A stretch of DNA of 64,000 bases from the NCBI RefSeq assembly GCF_009914755.1, contig NC_060931.1. One strand, written 5' to 3'. The notes below the pieces were generated by a model. That model was given only the letters and a program-made list of their open reading frames with translations. It had not been told where the DNA came from and ran no database searches. The DNA is from the human T2T-CHM13v2.0 reference genome, Homo sapiens. Position 1 is the stretch's first letter; every line of letters starts with the position of its first letter. Shown piece after piece: positions 52,383-64,000 of this stretch. The translations under genes were made by a program, and so were the position numbers.

Positions 52383-52594
52383 TAGTAGAGACGGGGTTTC
52401 ACCATGTTGGCCAGGCTGGTCTCAAACCCCTGACCTCAGGTGATCCGCCCGGCTTGGCCTCCCAAAGTGCTGGGATTACAGGCATGAGCCAACGTGCTTG
52501 TCTGAAACTAGTCTTTTTGAAGTGGCCATGGGTGTTGGATATGCCATTGCTGAATTAAGTGGACAGGAACCCACTTGACCACTTCTTCTGTTGT

Positions 52595-52959
52595 TGCTGA
52601 CTTAAGATAGTTCCATTTATGATTGTTTAACTTACAATGGTTTTACTTAAGATAGTTCAACTTACAATTTTTCGACTTTAGGATTGTGCAAATGTGATAT
52701 TTATTTAATACAAGCCATACTTTGAATTTTGATTCAAAATGATTTATAGTAACTTTATTATAAAATAGGCCTGGTGTTAGATGATTTTACTGTAGGCTAA
52801 TATAAGCATTCTGAGCTAGGCAGAATGCTAGGCTAAGGCAGGCTAGGCTAAGTTATGTTTGGTAGGTCTGGCGTACTGAATGCACTTTCAAAGTAGGATA
52901 TTTTTGGTTTGTGATGGATTTATCCAGACGTAACTCCTTTGTAAGTCAAAGAGTGTCTG
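52595..52959 (-). mobile_element. MER47-like Tigger DNA-transposon fossil
   Basis: actttattataaaataggc...ggctaggctaag...gtaagtcaaagagtgtctgta. Confidence 0.7.
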
Positions 52960-55825
52960 TAATTGTGCCCGGCCTCATGTAAGAAAACACCTGCCCCAGT
53001 GACCTCCTCAGAATCTGGATGAATCTCTGCAGCAGATGTATTTCTTGGGCTGCTTTGGCATTTTTTGAATCCCTTTTCTATGTTCAAAAATTTCCAAGCT
53101 TTTGGGACTTGCCTCTTCAAGACGAAAGCCAAGAACTCGTTTCCAGGCATCCTTGTAACTAGGGCACAGTGACACAGATCCAATGTGAATAGCTGAGAAC
53201 AATTTAGCAGGCAGTGACATGAGGAAGAGGGTTCTTTGCAGAATTGATTCCTGGTGAGGGCGAGAAAGGGTGTCCAGCATTCAGGGGCAGCTGAACAGGG
53301 CTGAGGATTGAGGTCCCACACGCCACTATGGGGGAGGACTTTTTGTGCTGTGAAAGGGGTTCTGGAATTCAATATGGCATGGGCGTTTGGCCTAGGAGCC
53401 TCTAGCCTTGCTTCTGTGAGCCCTCGTGGTGATTCTCAGGCTGCCTTTTCTTTTGACATGGAGTCTCACTCTGTTACCCAGGCTGGAGTGCAGTGGCGCG
53501 ATCTTGGCTCATGGCAACCTCCGCTTCCCGGGTTCAAGTGATTTTCCTGTCTCAGCCTCCTGAGTAGCTGGGATTACAGATCCATGCCACCACACCCGGC
53601 TAATTTTTGTATTTTTAGTAGAGATGGGGTTTTACCATGTTGGCCAGACAGGTCTCGAACTCCTGACCTCAGGTGATCTACCTGCCTTGGCCTCAGGCTG
53701 CCTTTTATACCTGAACTAAGTGGGGTTTTGCCAATAAGAACCTCTACTGAGACAGCCCACCCAGGCAATGCTGGACAACCTGCTTGCTTTGAAGGCAGGG
53801 TTGTGCCAAGACGGGCAGCATCTGGAGGCTCCAGGGTGGCCTTGGAGTGGTCTGTGGTTGGGCCATTTGCAGGAGAGGAGGAGTCTTGTCAGTTGATGAG
53901 AACACCCTGTACTCTACTTGGGCAATCTATCCTTCACCCTTTTCCTACTGTTTTTTTGTTTGTTTGTTTTTTTGAGAAAGGTATCGTCTGTCACTTAGGC
54001 TGAAGTGCAATGGTATGATCTTGGCTCACTGTAGCCTCTACCTCTCTGGCTCAAGCAGTCCTCCTGCCTCAGCCCCTGAGGAGCTGGAACCACAAGTGTG
54101 TACCACCATGGCCAGCTAATTTTTATTTTTGGTAGAAATGAGGGTCTTCCTGTGTTGCCCAGGCTGGTCTCGAACTCCTGAGCTCAAGTGATCTGCCTAC
54201 CTTGGCCTCCCAAAGTGCTGGGATTACAGGCATGGGCTACGTTGACTGGCTCTCCTACCTTTTTTTTTTCCTGACTTTCCTTTTGCTTCAGACTACATCT
54301 AAACCAGATTCCACCTGGACATGGCTTTCAAGACTGGAGAGAATTGATCACCTAGAGCAGGAATGGTAAACACTTTCCATTTGTTCCATGAAATGTCACA
54401 TTAATCAGGCAGAGAATGTTATCCTGCCAAGCCTGAATATTGTCATGTGGTCTGCTCAACACTGCACTCCTAGCATCAACCTCTAATAGTTTAATGTCAA
54501 CACAGACAATCAAATATCCTCACCATCTCTGCACCACAGCCTTACCTTAAACTTAACAGTTTGGGCCCGGTGGCTCACATCTGTAAACTGAGCACTTTGG
54601 GAGGCTGAGGTGGGAGGATCGCTTGAGCCCAGGAGCTCAAGGCTGTAATGAGCCATGATAGCACTACTTCACTCCAGCCTGGGTGACCAAGCAAGACCCT
54701 GTTTCCAAAAAAATAAAAATAAACAAGAAAAACAAAGCAAAACAAAACACCTAATATATTATGATGGGGAGAGAGAAAGGCCTTTACAGTACTGTAGTGA
54801 AAAGTCAAATGGACTGGAACCTGCATCCGCCCCTTGGGGCACTATCCAGAACTTCTTGCCGTTCTCATTTCAGCAGTAACAACACAGATTTTTATAGAAA
54901 CTAAATTTATAAAATTCACATAATTAGGGAATGTCAAAGGAAACACGTGTTCCATGGGATCTGCAGTCCTTATTAAGACAGAGAAGAACAGAGAGGGAGC
55001 CAGTTGAGGTGAGGGTTGGCTTGAAATCGGCAGCTCTCTGCAGAAGCCAGATCTGAGTACATCTGAGGGGCTGGCACTGAAGGGCACAGTTGGGAGGACC
55101 CCAATAAGATTACTCTAGAGACTTGTCCTCTTGAGATGCCATGGGCCTGTTGGATACTCTGCCCTCTCCTAGTGGAAGGCTCCTCTGCTCTGAACTTTGA
55201 GAAAGTCATAGAAGCATTGGCCTTGTTTTCTCCAGCATGGAGACACCTTAGGGGCCATCAGGTGGTGTTTCTCAATCTGGGCACAATTATCAATGGGGGC
55301 AAGAAAATCCCCCATTCCTGTTGCTGCACAACTGGCATCCTTGACCCATTCAATGTCCTTAGCGCTCCTTTTCCCTTCCCTAAAGTTATAGGAGCAATTC
55401 AGTGCCTCCTCATGCATTTCCAAATGTCCCTGTTTGAGGCTAACTCATTGAGTGGGTGAAAGAAAGAGATGTGTCCGAACTCACCCATGCAGAGACAGGG
55501 GTGGAATGAGATCTTGAACTCCTTAATCCAAAGCTCTTTCCATTGAGATGTTCAGGTAGAAAAAAAATAAAGTTCTTTCCATAAAAAACTACATGTGTTT
55601 GGGCACCTATGTGTGTTAAGGAGACATGTACGTATGCCATGACCAAACACACAGTGTCAGCCTGAGAAACTCAAGCATTTCCCAAGAAGCTAGACTTTGT
55701 ACATTTGAAATGGGTGGAAGTCATGCCCTGAACCATGAGATTAGCTTCTCACAAACACCTAAGCTCAGCCACTCCCAAGGTGCCTTTCTCTTCTCTATGT
55801 AAAGTTAGTTTACATTACAGCGAGG

Positions 55826-56318
55826 TGTTACCGACATGTTGGGTTCAGTCTAGGTTCTGCTGTACACTGCACAGAAAGCCAATCACTGAGACAATGAGTA
55901 GTGCCAAGGAAGAAGGCTTTATCTGAGTGCTGCAGTCAAGGAGATGGAAGATCAGCCACAAATCCATCTCCCTGACCAACTAAAATTAGAGGTTTATACA
56001 GCAGAGAAGAAATGTAATCATGTGGAAAGCAGGAATTAGGGAGAGGAAAGGAAGAGAAGTTGGTCAACAGAAAGCAGGTAATTGCTTAGGCAATTATGAT
56101 GGATGAGAGGTGTGGCATCTCACTATCCAGATGTGATGGTCTCGTGAGTTTCAGCTACTTGATTCTATCTGGGAGGGCTGATGGTTGGTTTCCTGAGAAA
56201 GGAACTCAGATAAGACAAACGTAACTTTCTTGAGTTTTAAGACTGGGAGGGCCAATTTTTATCTTTATTACAAAGAAACTATAAACATCATTTCTAGGGG
56301 ACAATTGGGATGGTTTTA
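55826..56318 (-). mobile_element. LOR1-like solo LTR
   Basis: tgttaccga...gcacagaaagccaatcactgagac...ttcctgagaaaggaactcagataagac...gggacaattggg matches recalled LOR1 in reverse. Confidence 0.7.
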
Positions 56319-56444
56319 TAGGGACATTTTTGTTGAAGAATGTCTTTTGTTCTTATCTTTTTATCCATGGTAGTTATAGCTGTTTACACTCAGGACACAC
56401 AAACACTCAAGATACTGCCTCTCTGGCTTGTAAGGGACATCAAG

Positions 56445-56801
56445 TGATATGGTTTGACTGTGCCCCTACCCAAATTTCATCATGAATTGTAGCTCCCATC
56501 ATTTCCATGTGTCATGGGAGGGACTCAGTGGAAGTAATCATGGGGACAGGTTTTTCCATACTGTTCTCACGATAATGAGTAATTCTCATGAGATCTGATG
56601 GTTTTATAAAGGGGAGTTCCTCTCCATATGCTTTCTTGCCTCCTGCCATGTAAGATGTGCCTTTGCTTCTCCTTTGCCTTCTGCCATGATCGTGAGGTCT
56701 CCTCAGCCGTGTGGATGTGTGAGCCCATTAAACCTCTTTCCTTTATAAATTACTCAGTTTCAGGTATGTCTTTATTAGCAGCATGAGAACAGACTAACAC
56801 A
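56445..56801 (+). mobile_element. THE1B-like MaLR solo LTR
   Basis: tgatatggtttg...gagatctgatggttttataa...attaaacctctttcc...agactaacaca; TSD tcaag/ccaag. Confidence 0.88.
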
Positions 56802-57312
56802 CCAAGGCAGCAAGTGCTTGGCCCTATCTAAGGGTTGGAGGATGACAACCATGCAAGGGAAGCAGAGACTGGGCCTTGCAGTGGAGCTCTATCAGAATTT
56901 CCTCTTGGGCAATAACTACCCTCTCCCATCCCTAATGGAGCTGCCATGTTCATTTATGACATTATTCATCCCTCTCCTCTCTCTCATGCTACAGCTTATT
57001 CATCTAGGGCTGAGCACTTCACCCAAACAAGGTTATGATTTCCTTCCCTGAAATACTTGAATGCATGATGCCTTTACCACCACATTGGAACTATGGTACC
57101 ACTTGACTGTAGTTCTTTAATAGTAACTAAAACTTTGATGTTTGGGGAGCTGTTGGCATCTATATTTTAACCACGTGTGGAAATCCAGGCAGCTGGGAGC
57201 CTGGGGGAAGTAAAAATGCAGAGAAAAGCAATGGCAAGATAGGGGAAGCCTGGTCTCTGGTTCTGGAGGATTTGGAGGTCCATTTCCATCCTGCCTATTT
57301 CAAGGCTGTTTC

Positions 57313-58324
57313 TGAAACTGCCTTTGCAATAATTATGACAGTGAGAGAAATCTGACTGTCTTTGTTAGCTTTAAAACAGAAGTGATAACAGCCCCTTCCC
57401 GAAACTAACCCCCTCCTTGCTGGGGGACTGAAACCACCTTTGTAAAACTAATGAAAGGCTGCAAGGTTAGGATAATGGAAGGGGCCAGAATTCTGCTAAA
57501 ATGTAGGCATAGTTAACGTTAATCAGCCATTGTTATTTAGTTTGATTTTCTATAAGCCCTGTATTGCTCAAGTCTTTTTAATCAGAGACACAAGGCTTGT
57601 AACTTCCCCAGTTGCTCCCATAGATAGCATCACTCTGTCAAAACCTAAGATTAGTCTTTTTTTTTTTTTTGAGACAGAGTCTTGCTCTGTTGGGCAGGCT
57701 GGAATGCATTGGCACCATCTTGGCTTATGCAACCTCCGCCTCCTGGGCTGAAATGATTCTCCTGCCTCAGCCTCACAAGTAGCTGGGACTGCAGGCACAT
57801 GCCATCATACCCTAATTTTTGTATTTTTAGTAGAGTGGGGTTTCACCATATTGGCCAAGCTGGTCTCGAACTCCTGGCCTCAAGTGATCCACTGCCTTGG
57901 CCTCCAAAAATGTTGGGATTACAGGTGTGAGCCAGTGCGCTTGGCCCTTAGATTAGTCTTTGAGATGTTTTTCAGACTTTTGCATTCTGAAGACTGACTG
58001 ACTTCACCGGGACCTGTGATTCACACCCAGGAACTGACTCCCACCAGAAACCCCCACCCAGAAATTGATGAGTGTGTGAAGACAGTTTGATTGGACTCCT
58101 ATGATTTCATCCCCAGCCAATCAGCAGTTTCCATTCCCTAGCCCCTTGCTTACCAAATTATCCTTAAAAATCCTAGCCGCTGAGCTTTCAGGGAGGCAGA
58201 TCTGAGAAACATCTCCCATCACTCTGCTTGGCTGCCTTGCAGAAATTAAACTCTTTCTTTGCTGTTTTCAGCGCATTAGGATTTCTGGACAGTGGGTAAG
58301 ATGAATCTTGCAGGGCTGTTACCA
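57313..58324 (+). mobile_element. LTR8-family solo LTR with Alu insertion (57657-57946)
   Basis: tgaaactgcctttgcaa start; gaattctgctaaaatgtaggcatag; ccaatcagca; attaaactctttc. Confidence 0.75.
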
Positions 58325-58468
58325 TTTGTACAACTGTTCCTTGAACCCCATGGACCAATGAATTTCTTCCTTTGCCTACACTAGTTCACAATGAGTTTCT
58401 CTCATTTGCAATCGAGTTCCCCTAAGTAGGTCCTGAGTCTGCAGGGTGGACATCTGTCTCTCCTTGAG

Positions 58469-59545
58469 TGTTGCGGGAAGTCAGGGACCCTGAATGGAGG
58501 GACCGGCTGAAGCCATGGGAGAAGAACATAAATTGTGAAGATTTCACGGACGTTTATTAGTTCCCCAAATTAATACTTTTATAATTTCTTATGCCTGTCT
58601 TTACTGCAGTCTCTGAACATAAATTGTGAAGATTTCATGGACACTTATCACTTCCCCAATCAATACCCTTGTGATTTCCTATGCCTGTCTTTAATCTCTT
58701 AATCCCATCATCTTCATAAGCTGAGGAGGATGTATGCCACCTCAGGACCCTGTGATGATTGCGTTAACTGCACAAATTGTTTGTAGAGCATGTGTGTTTG
58801 AACAGTATGAAATCTGGGCACCTTAAAAAAAGAACAGGATAACAGCAGTGTTCAGGGAACAAGGGAGATAACCTTAAACTCTGGCTGCCGGTGAGCCGGG
58901 GGGAACAGAGCCATATTTCTCTTCTTTCAAAAGCAAATAGGAGAAATATCGCTGAATTCTTTTCTCAGCAGGGAACATCCCTGAGAAAGAGAATGCATCC
59001 CTGAGGGTCAGCCTCTGAAATGGCCGCTTTGGGGGCAGCTGTCTTTTATAGTCATAGCTGTGGGATGAAATAAGCCCTGGTCTCCCGTAGCGCTCCCAGG
59101 CTTATTAGTATGAGGAAATTCCCGCCTAATAAATTTTGGTCAGACCAGTTGTCTGCTCTCAAACCCTGTCTCCTGATAAGAAGTTATCAATGACAATGCA
59201 TGCCCGAAACTTCATTAGCAATTTTAATTTCGCCCCAGTCCTGTGGTCCTGTGATCTCGCCCTGCCTCCATTTACCTTGTGATATTACCTTGTGAAGCAT
59301 GTGATCTCTGTGACCCACACCTATTCGTACACTCCCTCCCCTTTTGAAAATCACTAATAAAAACTTGCTGGTTTTATGGCTCAGGGGCCATCATGGAACC
59401 TGCTGACATGTGATGTCTCCCCTGGACACCCAGCCTTAAAATTTCTCTCTTTTGTACTCTGTCTCTTTATTTCTCAGACCGGCCGACACTTAGGGAAAAT
59501 AGAAAAGAACCTACATGAAATATCGGGGGTGAATTTCGCCCGATA
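58469..59545 (+). mobile_element. MER11 solo LTR (HERV-K HML-8 group)
   Basis: tgttgcgggaagtcagggacc...gaatttcgcccgata, ~1.08 kb; internal repeat aacataaattgtgaagatttca; AATAAA near 59356; gagtg at both ends. Confidence 0.9.
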
Positions 59546-60042
59546 GAGTGCTACCCAGAGGGAGCTGATAATGAGGGCATCTGAGTGACAAGGGCCCTTT
59601 AGGCCAAGCTTCAAGAGGGAAAGTGGGTAATGCGGTGTTTCTACTAGAAAGGCAGTGGCAACCCCACAGCAGACTCTGGGAAGTTTTCACAGTAGCTTTC
59701 TGCTGTGTAGGAACTCTGCTGTTAACCTTTCCACTTCAGCCTGAAGCTACCCCAAAAATTTCTGGACCCCCCCACCAACCCCAGTCTTGAATGAGAGACT
59801 CTGCAACCTTATCGTAGACCCACCCGTGACTCACAGGCAGATCTGCTGCCTAGACACACTCTTTTCAGTGGAGTGAACTTCATCTTCCTGAGACTTTTTG
59901 AAGATCTCAGGGAGATGAGATTATTATTTTAGTCGGTCCATCTGGCCATATAGAGTACATGACCCAAATAATGTCTCCTCCAACCCATCCCTCTCTACCT
60001 AAGAATATTTTTGCAAATCCCATTGCATGTGGTGAATGACTA

Positions 60043-60270
<228 letters not shown>

Positions 60271-60376
60271 TTAAGGATGGATCTTGGGAGAGAACCTGCC
60301 ATGTTAAATGTAGCTGGGCCTCCCTTAGAGACGTTGAATATTTAATGTATCCTGAACACCCTTCAGGTGCCACTGA

Positions 60377-60610
<234 letters not shown>

Positions 60611-61944
60611 TGATCCACCCACCTTGGCCTCCCAAAGTGCTGGGATTACAAGTGTGAGCCACTGCTCTTGGCCGCCACTAAATATTTTAACTTTTCCACC
60701 AGATGAACAGGAAATGTCAGTGATGGACCGAAGAAAACATTCCAAAAACTATTTCCTTTTGTCACTAGGGTTTGCTAAGCCTAGATAGCCTCAGACTCAG
60801 CCTGGAAGAGGACAGAGGAGCCCTTCTGAAGGTAAATGTTTTACTGGATACAGTTAATCTATTAGAGTTATGCTTGTCACTTAATTTGTGAGTGCAAATT
60901 ATTTCAAGACAGTGTAGCTTTTACATACTCTCCTGTTAAAAGCACTGATATTCTGCAAAGTAACAAATTCCTTCCTAGCTTAGCAAAGGATGATAATGAG
61001 TTATTGGTAGTATCACCATCAAGCTCTTATTTGCATAAGTAAAATGAAGTTAACATGTGGATAAAATAAAACTTAAAAATGAAATATTGTTAAAATAATT
61101 AATGAATTTAGACACATTATTGAGCAGGTACGTTTGGCAACTGATTGGAATAGAGCATTTAATTAGTCTCGTTGAGTCAAAAATCAATATTGAACATTAT
61201 ACAGCACATCAGAATTATATTAATTTCCTCCTCTGTTAATATTTGTATCATTTCTACCATGAATCTCAAGCCCTTTCTTCTGGGGGTCAGACTCCGTGCA
61301 TCAGGAGGGAGATAGGGTGTCAGATCACCCTTTGTTCTTGCAGAGAGGGTGACTAACCAATCCTGAAACCCAGGAGTACCCCACTTGATCTTCTTAAAAT
61401 AAACTCTCCAGAGATGTATCGCAAAATCTGAGTGCTAACCTTATTCTGCACCAAGTTCAGCTTAGGGAGGGAAATTAAGAATCTCAGTTGTGGGCAGGGT
61501 GAGGTGGCTCATACCTGTAATCCCAGGACTTTGGGAGGCCAGTACAGGCAAATCACTTGAGGCCAGGTGTTCGAGACCAGCCCTGCCAACATGGCAAAAC
61601 TCTGTCTCTACTAAAAATACAAAAATTAGCTGGGCGAGTGGCTCATGCCTGTAGTCCCAGCTACTTGGGAGGCTGAGGCACGATAATCGCTTGAACCCAG
61701 GAGGCGGATGGTTGCAGTCAGCCAAGATTGCACCACTGCACTCCAGCCTTGGCAACAGAGCCAGACTGTGTCTCAAAAAAAAGAAAAGAAAAGAAAAGAA
61801 ACCCAGTTGTGGACTGAAGTCAGGCAGGACTTTTATGGGGTTCCTCAGGTTTTGTGGTATTAGTGGCTGGGAAGCACCTGCTTCCATTCTTCCCATCAAT
61901 CCTGATCTCAGATATCCTGTGGATGCTTAATTCTATTAGCTCTG

Positions 61945-62701
61945 TTAATTATTATTTATAATAATTCTATCAGTATTATATATCACCTCTGATATATAAT
62001 TGGCTAGGCCAGGGTACTCAAGTACCAGATAGAGTTGACTCCAGTCAACTCTATCTGGGTGTTGCTGTGAAGGCTTTTGTTTGTTTTTTAAACATGAGAT
62101 TGACATTTTAATTAGTAGATGTTGAACAAAACAGATTAATCTCAATAATGTGAGTGGGCCTTTTCCAATCAGTTGAAGGATATTGAAGCAGGGTCTCACT
62201 CTATTACCCAAGCTGGAGAGCAGTGGTGCAATCATAGCTCACTGCAGCCTTAAAGTCCTGGGTTCAAGCAATCCTCCCACCTTTGCCTCCTGAGTAGCTG
62301 GGACTACAGGTGCATGCCACCATGCCTGACTAATTTTTTAATTTTTGTAGAGATGAAGCCTCACTATGTTCCCAAGCTGGTCTGGAGCTCTTGGTCTTTA
62401 GTGATCCTCCTACTTTGGCCTTAACTTCAGGTAAAGACTGACTTGCCCTGAGGAAAAAGGGAATTCTGCCTGTACACTGCTTTTGGACTCACACTACAAC
62501 ATCAACTCTTCCCTGGGTCTCCATCCTACCAAGTTATTCTGCAGATTTTGAACTGGCCTCTGTAATTGCATGAGCCAATTTCTTAAACTCTTTCTTTCTC
62601 TCCTCCACCCCCAACGTGTGTGTGTATGAATGAAATAGGAAGGAAACAATGAAATAGAACCTCCTATTGGTTCTGTTTCTTGGGAGACCTTGATTAATAC
62701 G
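61945..62701 (+). mobile_element. MLT2-family LTR with Alu insertion (62185-62420)
   Basis: aatgtgagtgggcc...ccaatcagttgaagg; gaattctgcct; cctattggttctgtttct...taatac. Confidence 0.7.
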
Positions 62702-63119
62702 CTACTTAAGATATGGGGCCCTCATTTGTCCTGACCATGTCTCAGGGGAGGCCCATGAGGTTCCATCTCCGGAGGCCACCAGCCAGGAGACTCTGAGATC
62801 ACTTTCAGTTACAAGGAAATTACAGTAGTGCCTGGGTCAATGACTTCCTTAATCAATAGGTCAATGGATTCCATAGTCAACTTGAGAGTAATCCCTTTCG
62901 TAGTTGTCTTGAGAGTAGTGGCTTCCATAGTCATCTTGAGAGTAGAATATAGTCAAGATGACAATGAAAGCCAGTGGCCTACTGACTTGGGAATAGAAGG
63001 GGGATTATTCTCTAACCTACAGTGGACACTGTAGATTCTCCCTTGAGTGTGACTGGGTCCCCTTAGGTCATATGTCTCCCCTGACCTTGCCAGGAGGACA
63101 CCATGCAACTAAGTAGCTT

Positions 63120-63390
63120 AGACCAGAAATTGGAAAAGTATAGCCTGTGGTACAACATCCAACTCGCCATCTGTTTTTTTATGGCCAATGAGCAAAAAAT
63201 GGTTTTTACATTTTAAATGGTTGGAAAAAAATTGAAAGGAGAATAATATTTTATGACGTGAAATTATATCAAATTAATTTTCAGGGCTCATATATACATT
63301 TTATTGGAACACAATCACACCCATTGGCTTGTATATCCTCTGTGGCTGCTTTCTTGATACAATGGCAGAGTTGAATAGTTGCAACAGTGT
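63120..63390 (+). mobile_element. MER58B-like hAT fossil
   Basis: aatggtttttacattttaaatggttggaaaaaa...ttttattggaacac...atggcagagttgaatagttgcaacag. Confidence 0.75.
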
Positions 63391-63399
63391 CTTAGTCCC

Positions 63400-64000
<601 letters not shown>

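Noticed and set aside
52920-53372. 150-aa minus-strand ORF
   Set aside because: No recognisable homology or splice context; ends inside a MER47-like fossil; consistent with chance.
58520-58700. Direct repeat aacataaattgtgaagatttca
   Set aside because: Intrinsic internal repeat of MER11 LTRs.

Overview
Primate (very probably human) nuclear DNA with little coding sequence. Left to right: (1) the 3' end of a ZNF91-subfamily-like C2H2 zinc-finger exon whose frame is cut by a 1-bp frameshift at ~390, leaving ~10 out-of-frame or decayed fingers, followed by an antisense L1 (5'UTR+ORF1+start of ORF2); (2) an abrupt switch at ~10.4 kb into very Alu-dense DNA; (3) an unprocessed beta-glucuronidase (GUSB) pseudogene on + (CpG-island promoter, exons 1-8 and 11; exons 9, 10, 12 not found; frameshifts, dead splice sites, catalytic Glu->Lys); (4) inside its intron 4, an ~8.6-kb inverted NUMT running from a 16S rRNA fragment through ND1...ND4 with 13 tRNA look-alikes; (5) an LTR/Alu/DNA-transposon-rich stretch (MER4, MER21, MLT1, LOR1, THE1, LTR8, MER11, MLT2); (6) the 3' part of a processed RPL6 pseudogene on -. 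From memory this order fits human 7q11.21 (ZNF727-GUSBP6-MT pseudogenes-RPL6P20); that assignment is unverified. Comparisons to GUSB, mtDNA and repeat consensus sequences are from recall, not alignments. I found no convincing new multi-gene system. The best leads are a 70-bp near-perfect hairpin in the GUSB pseudogene, the NUMT as a fossil of pre-catarrhine mtDNA (with a fully open ND4L frame) lying downstream of a retained CpG-island promoter, and three intact zinc fingers stranded just behind the frameshift.
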